From Minutocellus sp. GHC0000111 (Eukaryota), in assembly GCA_977018835.1 (NCBI GenBank), contig OZ361259.1, forward strand, positions 248,001-312,000: a stretch of 64,000 bases of DNA. The letters are read 5' to 3'. Shown piece by piece: positions 52,301 to 62,829 of this stretch. Made by a program: the position numbers and the translations under genes. A model generated the notes under the pieces. It worked only from the letters and a program-made list of their open reading frames with translations, was not told where the DNA came from and did not search any database. How positions within the stretch are numbered: the first letter of the stretch is position 1; each line of letters begins with the position of its first letter.

Positions 52301-54455
52301 AGCAGCTCCAATTCAAAGGGACAGGCCCCAATATCAGAGATTACTTTCTCTATTGGTGGGGATGGGCAAGAGATCGCGAGAACGAGGAGTGCTGACTCCG
52401 ACATTACCGATGCCATGGACTTGTATGGCAGTAATCCCGTCTCTGGACCGCGTCGGATTCCAAATCAAGCTGCAGAGGAAGAGATTGGAGTGGAAGTTGA
52501 CGAATTGTTGGCACAGATGGCATCTGCCGAGGGAGACGGCACTTCTCCGGCAACCTCGGAAGGCCAAACTCTGGAACACCGAAAACCGAGGGAAGCACGC
52601 ATATCGATATCAAGTCCAACATCGGCGGGAAGCAGCGGGGGCGCCGAGCACATTCAAGTATCTCCAACATCAGGAAAATCGCGCAAGGTTGCAAAGACAG
52701 CCGAGATAAAGGCTGCCAAGAAGGAGTTGAAGCGTCTAAAGGCTTCCAAAGGCACCGAGTCGGCAGAGGTTGCTGCCTGCCTCATGAGTCTTGGTAGTCT
52801 ATTTATGGTCGAAGGCGATACCGATTCAGCATTCAATGTTTGGACGCAAGAACTGGAAGTTCGTCGAGCTGTCTACGGCGCAGGACACTTTGGTGTTGCG
52901 GACGTCCTCAATCGGATTGGAACTATTCGTCTGGAGCGTGATGAGTTTGAGCTTGTGAGTTACATTCCCCCACAATACTAGTATCCGGCTTTCTACATCA
53001 CCTCATGCTTTTTGATTTGCTTTGACCACGTTCATCTCACCAATGAATATCACCTTGTTTCCTCTTTATATCTCACAGGCCAAGCATTGTCACACCCAGG
53101 CCCTCGAAATCCAGCAAGCATGCCTAGGAGAGAACGAGCACAACCCAGATGTCTCTAGGACTCTTGTTAACATTGGAAACGTCTACTACAAAGAAAGGAA
53201 CTCCTTGTCAGCTATCAAATCTGGCGTTCACGACGCTCTCTATGACGACGTTGTCGAATCTGGCATGCTTTGCCGCATTGCATTCGCCCACGACGAAAGA
53301 GGAGAGTACCTTCGAGCTATCCATTTCTATGACGAACACGTCGAGCTTCTGAAATCTAGTGGCGAGAACAAGCACATTCCAGGAATAATTAACGCCCTGA
53401 ATTGCCTCGGATCACTGAATAAGAAGATTGGACGATACGTCGAAGCATTGGACTATCACACCAAGGCACTGAATATGCAGCGAGCCGTACCTAAGATCGC
53501 CAAGGTGGAGCTTGCGAATACTTCAGTACTTATTGGAATGGTTAAACACAAGGCCGGGCAATTCCAGAAAGCGCTATCGCTCTTTTCCGATGCCCTGCCC
53601 GTGCAGCAGAAAGTCTACGGTAAGAAGCACTCGATCCCCGGAAGGACAATCTTCAACATGGCAGTGACATATGATGAGTTGGCCGACCACAAGAAGGCCA
53701 TGTCCTCACTTGAACAAGCTCTCTCTATCCAGAAGTCCGCGTTACCTCCCGATCATCCGGACACTCTCTCAACTCGAATGTATATTGCACGGGTTCAATC
53801 GGCGGCAGGAAAGTTCGACTATGCTCTCTCTACTTTGCTTGGAGTTCTCAATTCGCAGAAGCAGTTGTTTGGCCCGAAGCACCCACTCGTGGCGGATACC
53901 TTGCATCAGATTGGAATCTGTTATGCACGGAAGGGCAAGATGAATTCCGCGCTCAAAACCTACGAAGAATGCTTCTCCATACGAAAGGAGATTCTCGGAT
54001 ATGACCATCCCGATATCGCTTCCTGCCTAAACTCCATTGCCGCGGTTCACGCCTCGAAGAAGCGCAACGAGAAAGCCCTTCCCATCTACGAAGCTGCCCT
54101 CAAGATCCGACGCGACGCTCTCGGTGATCAACACGTTGACGTTGCGAGGACACTCAGCAATCAGGGTGTTGCCTACGCAGCGCTGCGGGACTTTGACCGA
54201 GCAATGGCTGTTTACAACGAAGCAAAAGCCATCCGGGAGGCCGCTTTGGGCGAGGCACACCCGGCCGTTGGCGACAGCCATGTCAACATTGGCAATGTCT
54301 TCCTGCGGAAATGCGCGTTCACCGATGCGAGGCGCGAATTTGAGTCCGCATTGCTGATCTACAAGAAGTCCAACCTACCCCCTGACGACCCCAAGCTAGC
54401 TAGAACAATGGCGGTCATCGAGAGAGTGAAGCGAGATGAAGAATTGTGTGTGTAG
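49316..54455 (+). CDS. Large TPR-repeat protein, copy gamma
   Basis: Same structure as alpha/beta, with several amino-acid substitutions and +2 aa (NA) and -4 aa (EEIG) in-frame indels. Confidence 0.9.
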
Positions 54456-54696
54456 AAAACACCTACCTAGCTAGCCAGGTACCGAATGAAGACTCGCGAG
54501 GAACTAGCTAGTAGCTTACTAGTACTGCCGGTAGTAGGAGTACGATCGTAACACAGCAATTATTTGATTGCAGCCGCAAGTAATCAGACTGCTTCATTAG
54601 GGAAGTATTTGAGAGAACAGTCCAATTGCAAAAAATCATATGCACCACACACACATACACGTACTCATTACATAATAGTAACATGATCCAACAAAA

Positions 54697-56373
54697 TTAG
54701 TCAAAGAAACTCATAAAGGCCGAAGCGATACCATAGTCATCGACACTAGTATCGCCCTTCTTTGCATCACTCTCGCTCTTCACACTTTGATCCTCCTCTT
54801 GGTTCTTGTTCTTCATGGACGCCGCCGCCTTTTCAACCGTCTCTTCTACTTTGTGACCTACATTTCGGAGTTCATTGATAATCATTTTCGTATCGATGCC
54901 TTGCTCCTCTGCCAAGTAGCGAAGTTCTTTTGCAAAGGCCTTGGGGTTCATGTCGAAGACGTTGGTGTAGATAGTGCAGCCCTCAAAGCTGAAGTCATCA
55001 TCGTAGTCAAAATCGTTGAGAGTACCAGTGGCATCATCGTCGAGATTTTCCTCGTTCAGGAAAGAGAGATGATTCTCATCGCTCGCAACTTCGTTGCTGT
55101 CGGAAGATGTGGAAGGCCAAAATTCAACTGGAGGATTTGATTTGAAGAAGACGGCGTAGCAGGTCCTTGTAAGTTCATATCTTGCCTTAAGATCTTCGCC
55201 GACCGCAGCACAATTTGTATAGTACGCATCAACTATGGCAATATTAGACTTGCACCCCATTGACTGGCACACCTCGGCGTATAGGTCAGGGCACTTTTCC
55301 ACAAGGATGCTGTGTGCGCAGTGGATCTTGAAACTAGGAACAAACGCCTGGTAGTTGTCCTGAACAAGCATTGCTAGGAAGCAAAGCAGCTCATCCACTA
55401 TGGTGTCGATGCTGGTGGAAGTGGAGAGAACAGTCTCCGTTGTGCCATATACGTCAATCTGGGCACTCAGAAGAGCATTGACGAACGAAACATACAACGA
55501 TGTGTTCCGAATCATCACCTTCTTGCCTGCGACGGCGCGCTCCTTGGCTCTTTCTGATCCCTTCGAGGCTTCAAGTAGGATATGGACCATGTCTCCGGAG
55601 ACATTGTCTCCCTTCGGAGCGAACGAAACAAACGACTTGGTTTTCGATGGTTTGGCATGGTACCATTTGATTACCTTCACTCGCTTCCTGTCGATATGGC
55701 CTCGAACGATGGCCTGTAGAGGAACGATTGCAACTTCGGCGGCCTTTTTCCTATTGCGAATGATCATACCACGAGCATATGCCTGCGCCAAGACAATCGA
55801 TGAAATTTGAGCCTTGACGCGACGTCTGACCATGATGCCGCGAGCCAGCGATTGGATGCAAGCGGCCGACGCGAAGATGTGTTGTGTCTTGATAGCCGAG
55901 TAGTTGCGCCGAGCAATCATACGACGAGACGCTGCCTGCAGCACAGTGGCTGCGTTGGCAAATGTGATTTCTTTGATGCGACGCTCTTCCTCACGTTTTT
56001 CCGCGGCGGCGATGAAATCTGCCATCATCGTGGCTTCTTCTTCGATGTTTCCGAGGGCCTTCTGGGCCGTGGCGATGGAACTAGTAAGTAGTTCAAGATG
56101 AGAGGCTGCCTCCTGTTCCTTGCGAGCAATGGCGTCTCGATCAATCGCAGTGATTAGTGTTTTCTCACCATCAACCTTCTCCTTTCCGAGAGTCGGCACA
56201 GATATTTCCTCACCGACGAAGGAATCAGCATCATCGCGAAGCTCATGCTCGACATCACGGATCGATGAGATTGAATCGCGGGGTAACTGTGGGCCTGACT
56301 GCACGATCTTTCTTTGCGCAGAAGATGCTGCTGCTGGGGGGACAGCAAATGAAGCGGAGGCGATCCGAAGCAT
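54697..56373 (-). CDS. IQ-motif / DUF1399-like protein, copy gamma (3' part of a probably interrupted gene)
   Basis: 558-aa ORF with 4 aa differences from alpha/beta; same frame as ORF 57070-57387. Confidence 0.75.
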   Translation of the reverse strand: MLRIASASFAVPPAAASSAQRKIVQSGPQLPRDSISSIRDVEHELRDDADSFVGEEISVPTLGKEKVDGEKTLITAIDRDAIARKEQEAASHLELLTSSIATAQKALGNIEEEATMMADFIAAAEKREEERRIKEITFANAATVLQAASRRMIARRNYSAIKTQHIFASAACIQSLARGIMVRRRVKAQISSIVLAQAYARGMIIRNRKKAAEVAIVPLQAIVRGHIDRKRVKVIKWYHAKPSKTKSFVSFAPKGDNVSGDMVHILLEASKGSERAKERAVAGKKVMIRNTSLYVSFVNALLSAQIDVYGTTETVLSTSTSIDTIVDELLCFLAMLVQDNYQAFVPSFKIHCAHSILVEKCPDLYAEVCQSMGCKSNIAIVDAYYTNCAAVGEDLKARYELTRTCYAVFFKSNPPVEFWPSTSSDSNEVASDENHLSFLNEENLDDDATGTLNDFDYDDDFSFEGCTIYTNVFDMNPKAFAKELRYLAEEQGIDTKMIINELRNVGHKVEETVEKAAASMKNKNQEEDQSVKSESDAKKGDTSVDDYGIASAFMSFFD

Positions 56374-56626
56374 CCCATCTTGTGCAAAGACATTTGACCG
56401 GGCAGGCTTGCATGTTGACTTATTCGACTCAAATACATAAAGTACAAAAACCTGGAGCTGGCGAGGTGGGCATAAGCGTTGAGCAATGATGATGATGAGG
56501 CCGAGCCAGCTGGGCCGCGCCGGGCACGAGCATTTTTCCTCTTTCCTCTTGGTCGTTCGCCCGACCCATCACGCCGGTACCTTGCTGCTTGCATACGAAG
56601 CAGCAAAACAAACTAAGCAAGACAAG

Positions 56627-57083
56627 ATGGCCGACAACCGACTCCGATGCGCCCTGGTGTACCGCCTCGACGCCGGTGACGAGACCTCCGTCACCATGCT
56701 GGCCAAGTACGACCACGCGTCGCAGTACGAGACCAGCCCGGGAGGGTCCGACCTGTACGGCGGCCGCGACAAGAGCTACGCCGATGCCGTCGGGATGGTC
56801 ATCGGGAACGACCCGCCGGGCGCCACCTCCGAGGCCGGGACCATCGGTGGCTTCAAGGTGTGCCAGTCCGAGGTGCACCAGGTCGTTTACGGTTCCGATA
56901 CGGATGGATTGTGTAAGTCTTGTGGCAACAGTCCATGCCAGCACGTACATAATTGTTTTACATGTGTTCGTCCAAAAGGATTTGAATTGTTACTTGAATT
57001 GTTCATGTAATGGGCGCCATAACAATATGCATTCGGGGCATGTTTGTCGCCAGTCAATAATTGAGTGGGTTAAGCGCTGCTGG
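56627..57083 (+). pseudogene. Truncated VAMP fragment (exon 1 plus the first ~170 bp of the intron; no SNARE or TM exon follows)
   Basis: Matches 11763-12219 and then switches to unrelated sequence. Confidence 0.92.
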
Positions 57084-57381
57084 GCTCTTCTTCTTGTGTG
57101 TCCACTTCTGGCTTTGGTGGGCCTGCACCAACCCGCTTTTTCTTCTCTGAAGCCAGTATCTCATCCTTGCGCACAACAATACCTGAATCACCTTCTTCTC
57201 TATCCATATTCGACCCATCATCAGGCAAAGTTTTCAAGGCAAGCTCACGGAATTCTTTCGCAGATATTCCTCCATCAAGATAATCGAGGACGAAAGAGTC
57301 AATGGCCTTCATGTTTTGTTGGAGGGCGGCCGGTTGGGTGTCGACGTTTTCATTATCGTCTTGGTTGGAAGACCCAATCAT
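57070..57381 (-). CDS. Orphan ORF, probably the severed 5' end of the IQ-motif gene
   Basis: Protein-like ORF (MIGSSNQDD...EEEPSSA*) whose last codons and stop come from the VAMP-intron sequence. In frame with 54697-56373. Confidence 0.55.
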   Translation of the reverse strand: MIGSSNQDDNENVDTQPAALQQNMKAIDSFVLDYLDGGISAKEFRELALKTLPDDGSNMDREEGDSGIVVRKDEILASEKKKRVGAGPPKPEVDTQEEEPSSA

Positions 57382-57894
57382 CTTCAACGAATATATGCTA
57401 TGATTGAGATCGAGAAACGACAGGCAATGAATCCTCTGCCACCAACATTAACTTGCCTACACGTATGGCAACTGCCGCAACCAACGGGTGAAGCGTTGAA
57501 AATGTGGCGGTGCGCCAAAGTGCAAAAATTACGACTGCTGAGAAAAAGTCGAAGAGTAGCGATGCGTATGCATGCCGATGCAAATAAGACAATGCTGCAA
57601 TGCCTCCTCCTCTCGATATTGACAGCCCAAAAAGAGAAAGCACGACGTAATTGCAAGGAGCAAACTGTAGCTGAACAAACTGGTAGGAATTCCTATTCTT
57701 CAAATTTTTGTCATCTAATATTTTTTCACATCTAATTTCAACAGTGATAGTGTCGGGCGTCTGGAAAACCATTCGACCTGTCTCGGGGGATTGTATGTAA
57801 TATCTAGCTAGGAGTCCTATAAACAAATAAAACAGCTCGCATGCTATCTTTTCCGACGGCGCTATGCGCGTGCGCACTCTCTCATGGATGGCAT

Positions 57895-59004
57895 TCACAT
57901 CTCACTCTTGGAAGCATTTGGCCTGTAGACGGACCTCATGAGATTGCGAACACTGCAGAGAGTTCCGAGCCAAGTACTGAACATTCCATTTCCAGCCTGC
58001 GCGAAGGGGCCAACAGCAGCAAGGAAGATAGCAGCAAAGACCCACATGAGTGCAAGGACGATAGAAATGGTGAGGTCGAGGGTGGCGTTGATATTCTTTA
58101 CGAATCCGAGGATCGCTGTGAGGAAGACCGAGAGCACAGCAGCCAAAAGGCCGTAGACGAAGTTGCCCTGGGTGAAGTTGCCCCAGTCTCCAAGCGATAT
58201 GATGAGAACGACAGAGGAGAGGCCGATCATGCAGAGAGTTTTATCCTTGTCGCTCTTTTCGGGGTCCTTCTTCTCATCAGTATAGGGAGGCACCAATGGG
58301 GCCACCCAGAGGAGCGAGCCGATGAATCCCAACCACGCGGCGAAATATCTGTGATCAAAATTAAAATCAGAGCAAGAGCATTCGAGTTGTGTTGATTAGA
58401 TTTGCACGCAAAAAGAGATTATACTGCATGATAAACAGCGACAAGCGCCACGATTATGCTCTTACCAGTTGGAGGCCTCGACATAGGGTCCCTTGAAGGT
58501 CATGACGCCAGTTCCAATCAACCACCAAAGTGCTTTGGACACGGCAAGAATTTTCTCAATGGTAAATCCGGTCTTGCCGAAGAAGGAACGGGGCTCGACG
58601 AGAGTTCCTGGACGGCACTTTTCGATGACACGGATCGTCATGCACATGAGAAGAGTCACGATCGCAACGCCGAGGGAGTAGTTGAGCAGCGTGGCGTTGA
58701 AGGTGGAAGCAAGGAAGAGAGATGCCTGGTCCTTCCAGTTCTTGTTATTGTTCTGTTCGCCGTCGTTTTTCAGGTAGCGTCCTCCTTCGCCGTTGAATCC
58801 GGCGAGCGAGGCCTCGGCGATGGTGTAGGAGCTGATGCCAATGAGAAGAATGCATGCACACTCGATCAGAACGAGCTTCTCGCCGACGTGATCGGGTGGA
58901 CCGGCCGGCTTCTTTGGCTTCTTCTCCTTCTTTTGCGCAGGTGCGGCCTGAGGGGTGGTTCCGGCCTCCATCTCAACGTAGGAATCATCTGATGTCATCG
59001 ACAT
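57895..59004 (-). pseudogene. Multi-pass membrane protein with two GP(F/Y)xxxxNGxFxxW repeats; a TGA is formed across the predicted splice junction
   Basis: Exons 59004-58466 and 58348-57895, intron gtaaga...atcacag (117 bp). The join reads AAC TG|A TAT TTC (N*YF), where the second repeat has NGMF. Confidence 0.65.
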
Positions 59005-59568
59005 GGTGATGTACGATGATCAGTATTAGCAGGATATGTTCTGGAGCAGCTTGTGCTAACGGTCGGTTGAATGAAAAATGAGCTCCGAGAGATCGCCATG
59101 CGGTTCCTCTCGGCCGGCCACTCGCCGCCGGTCCCGATCAAACGGATGACATGGCGCAACTTCTTGAGCCATCCATCGTGTACGTGTGCTGGCTTGCTTT
59201 TTTGGCTAACTCTTTCCTGCGCGTAAAAAGCCTTCCGAAGAGCCGGCACACAAAACGGACGGTGATGGCGGCCAACAACAAGTGCGCCATGTCGGGAAAG
59301 CAGAAGATCGCGCGCCCTTTCGCGCAACTACTTATCTCGCTGACGTTCGCATTGTGGGCTATTGGAATCCTACTATCAGTGCAATTTTGCTTCCTCAACG
59401 CACGGGCACCGCGCAGCCATAACTACTTACTTGGTTTTGTGATTGTTTGCTCATTCTGCGTACAAAGCGAAGCACCAGAGAACCGAAGAGCGAGGCCATC
59501 TTACCTCTTCCATATTTCAAATCGAGCAGATCGATTGATTACTTACCTTTGGCCAGGCGTATCTAATC

Positions 59569-61210
59569 ATGGCGACAAAGGCTGCGAAAACTCGTCGGTG
59601 TCACTAGGTAAGTTTGCTTCAAGAGCCCTCGCCCCACGCGCGAAATGACGCACTCCGGCCCGTTTATTTGGATGTATGTGATTGTTATGGCCCTTTGCCT
59701 CTGCTGCTATCCAACAACTCACGGAACTAACCTCTCACCACCATACAATTACATCACAATTAACGTCAAGACTAAGGGGCAAAGAGAAGGCGAAGTCGGT
59801 GCCTCCACCTCCCCCACCACGTCCCAAGACAAAAGCCGAGTCAGGCGCCGAGGAAAAAGAATCCGCAGCAACTGTTCCCAAGACAATCGATGCCCGTGAC
59901 GACTCATCACTCAGCAGTGGATTGGCAGATACTAGTTCCAGCAGTAGCGAGGCGTCGTTGAAGCTTCCGCCTCCACCTCCTCCTCGTCGAACGGGGTCGC
60001 TGGCGAAACACCCCGAGACCTTTGTCAAGGCCGTGGTTCTCCTTCAGGCCATGTTTCGTGGTCGGAGGGCAAGGAAGAAATATGCCCTAAAGAGGTGGTA
60101 CCGCGGTCTAGACAAGCCTTCCTCCTCTGCAAAGTCTGCATCTGCCATCAACTCTGGAAAGAAGGAAATTCAATCGATCAACAGAAGTGTCTTTCTTTCT
60201 CACCCAGTTCCCAAGACGAAGACAACCGTCAAAACCGAGAAGGCTAGCCCTTCCGCTGGCAATATCATCTTTGCCCCCCGCTCCTCCGCCACTCCTGTCG
60301 CGGCTTCAGCCATCCCGACTAGTACTACTAGTATTAGTGGATCCGATTCTTCTTCTTCTCCGAATAAGAATCCGACCGAATCAGGTCGCTCCTCTTTCAC
60401 CCCCCGTGATTTCTCTCCACTCGAACGTAGTATGAAGGCAATTGAGGGCGCAATCTTCGGCTCAGAGGAGTCAGAAGAAGCGCAGCGTTGTGCAGCAGCA
60501 GCCAAAAAAGTCCTTCTTAGACATACCACCGACTACATTGCATATTTAAATGCACTCCTAAAAGCTCACGCCAACGAAGCAATCCTCTCGAGGAACGAAG
60601 GCATCGATGCCATTGTGAACGAGCTACTGTGCTTCTTGGCAATGAAGGCGCTTGGTAAGGGTCCAGTTCCCAGCATCAAAATCCACCGAGCATGGCGCAT
60701 CATGGTGCAGTCCCGACCTTTTGTTTACATTGAAATGTGCAAGGCAATGGGCGTATCCTCCGGTTTCAGTGTTGAAGATGAAAGATTCAATCCCGAGGAG
60801 GATGGGCACGGTCAGGAAGCGAATATGATCAAGGAGAAGTATGAATCCACAAAGTCTGCCTATACGACCCTCTTCCAATCGAACCCCCCTGCTGAATTCT
60901 GGCCGTCTATTCACACCAAGGACGGCGAAGTAAGCAGGATTCCAGCAAATCACCTGGAGTTCTTACGTGAAGAGAATCTCCCGCAGACTAATGACGATTT
61001 TTCAGCGAAATCGGATCTGATGCCATGACTTCCGTAAGCGGAATGACCTATGATGATGATTCTCTTGCAACAATGGAACCCGCTGCTCTTCTAAGCGAGC
61101 TTCAATACCTTGCGGAGGAGCAGAATATCGACATTGCCAATCTGTCTTACGATTGCATCGTCAACGATATCAAAAAGTTGCGCGTTTGGGTCGATAAGAC
61201 CTTCTTTTAA
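59569..61210 (+). pseudogene. Diverged paralogue of the IQ / DUF1399-like gene, frameshifted
   Basis: Shared blocks LQAMFRG, IDAIVNELLCFLAM, VPSIKIH, LFQSNPPAEFWPS and NHLEFLREENL. ELQYLAEEQNID lies in another frame after the T5 run at 60998-61002. The 5' exon (59569-59607) is tentative. Confidence 0.75.
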
Positions 61211-61437
61211 GCGTTGCTGCGTCTTACGATGGTACGACGTACGCATTATCCCTTCATAAACTGCACGTCTAATCAAATAAATTAAATCATTTGTATTTTT
61301 AGAGTCAAGTTAAGTTTTGAATATGCACATAAGTAAGTATTATAGCTTGTCTCTAGCTACGTAGCTAGGAATTCACGCCATTCTGTCTATAGAAATACTT
61401 TCCATGTGCTTAGCTAGTCTAGAATTCAAGGCAATAT

Positions 61438-62646
61438 CTACGTCATTGAAGGGAGCTCCTTCACTTGCATTCGCAACACATTCTTCTTGACAAATTTCAC
61501 CGACTTTCGAAGGAAACCCAAGGGATAAAACAGGCACACTTTTAAAGCAGTGCCAAGAATAGTGCGAAAAGAGTCGATACCAATAATGGCAGCCGCCTTG
61601 AACAATGATGGCACGAAACCCATACTCGCCGCTCTCGTCTTTATTCCCCAAAGAATGGCCTTTGCACGCGACAAGCCTCTTTGCTTTTGCAATATCTTCA
61701 TGGCAGACTTTCTTCGATTGGCTTGCTCACTAAAGAAAATCTTCGAGATGGGCAGTAGAATTTTTAGTAGAAGCGGTCTCTTCTTCTTGACTTCTGCTTT
61801 TGAAAGGGTATTGACTGCCACTGCAGGCATATTCTTGGCGCTGTTGGCGCTGAAGAAACCAATTTGCCGTATCTGCAAATCAAAGAAGCCGGGGCGGAAG
61901 TTCTCGAGCTCAGTAGTATTCACACCAATGACAAATTTGCTGAGAGACATGCCAATCTGATAAATCCCCCCGGTTACGTTGAGTTTGGGGGCATCAGGAA
62001 CCACGCGTGGACCTCGTACCAGTTGGAAGTCATCGAAGGGCACAAAAACTCGACTAAAGTCCGAGCCAGCAGCCAGTGGAAATGCCGCCTGGTACACCAT
62101 CTCTCCCCGGCTGGTATCGGTCCGGCATGTGATCTTCCATACACGCCGCTCGGGTTCGTCGTCACTGGCCAGCCGGCAGTCGACAAATATTCCATCGCTC
62201 CCGGCTGCATCAAGAGGTTCACGGAATGGGAGTGTGCGCATGCCACAGAAGCCTCCTCCGTCAGTCCGACATATGCCACTCCAGCTCGCGTAGTCTTCGC
62301 TGGTGTCCTTCAATGCTGACAAAGAGATACCTCCCATGATGGCATCGTCGATGCGTTCAAAACTCATCGTGGCGTTGCCAGTCGCAAAATCAAACACCGT
62401 TTGTAGATTGGCGTCTGCTTCGGCAAGTGGTACAGTACTTCCGCCCCGTTCAGTACCAGGACTGCGGCGATGAGGGTTAACTGGCAGCTCAGCACTATGG
62501 GCACGTCGAGGTCTGAACGTTACTCCCGACTCCAGCATATCGCGGCCAACACGTCGAGGCGCCTGGGATCGGGAGGAGAGAGGCGAGAATGAAATGCATG
62601 GTACGACAAGAAGCGCCGCCAAAGAAACAACGCAGTGCGTGACCAT
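61438..62646 (-). CDS. CIA30 / NDUFAF1-like domain protein, likely plastid-targeted, 402 aa
   Basis: VFDF...IDDAIMGGIS...GGGFCGMRT...VFVPFDDFQLVRG motifs. Signal peptide followed by Phe (CIS-FSP) and a Ser/Arg-rich transit-like segment. Confidence 0.85.
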   Translation of the reverse strand: MVTHCVVSLAALLVVPCISFSPLSSRSQAPRRVGRDMLESGVTFRPRRAHSAELPVNPHRRSPGTERGGSTVPLAEADANLQTVFDFATGNATMSFERIDDAIMGGISLSALKDTSEDYASWSGICRTDGGGFCGMRTLPFREPLDAAGSDGIFVDCRLASDDEPERRVWKITCRTDTSRGEMVYQAAFPLAAGSDFSRVFVPFDDFQLVRGPRVVPDAPKLNVTGGIYQIGMSLSKFVIGVNTTELENFRPGFFDLQIRQIGFFSANSAKNMPAVAVNTLSKAEVKKKRPLLLKILLPISKIFFSEQANRRKSAMKILQKQRGLSRAKAILWGIKTRAASMGFVPSLFKAAAIIGIDSFRTILGTALKVCLFYPLGFLRKSVKFVKKNVLRMQVKELPSMT

Positions 62647-62829
62647 GTTGGTGTAGCGTCAGTTATTGTATTTTAATACCGTATTTTAATACCGCAGCGT
62701 TGGTGCGTAGGTATTGCTGACTGTATGCACTGATGGACTGACTTGCGTGTGGGGCGGGTGTTCGTGGTGCGCCGCTGGCCTGTGCTCTGTGGCGTGTGTA
62801 ACAGCGTGCGTGTGCGTGGCCGATTCATT

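Larger units (their letters stand above)
1..57083. repeat. Head-to-tail tandem array of a ~22.4-kb multi-gene unit (about 2.5 copies visible; continues off the left edge)
   Basis: Position 1 (agtattgatccggtg) recurs at 22461 and 44884, and all ORFs recur at offsets of about 22,405-22,460. Identity ends abruptly after 57083 (gctgctgg|gctc, versus gctgctgg|cgtt at 12219 and 34678). Confidence 0.98.

Noticed and set aside
56509..57085. 570-bp insert as a MITE or other transposon with a target-site duplication
   Set aside because: No terminal inverted repeats or poly(A) tail, and the content is host VAMP sequence including intron, so it is not a retrocopy either.
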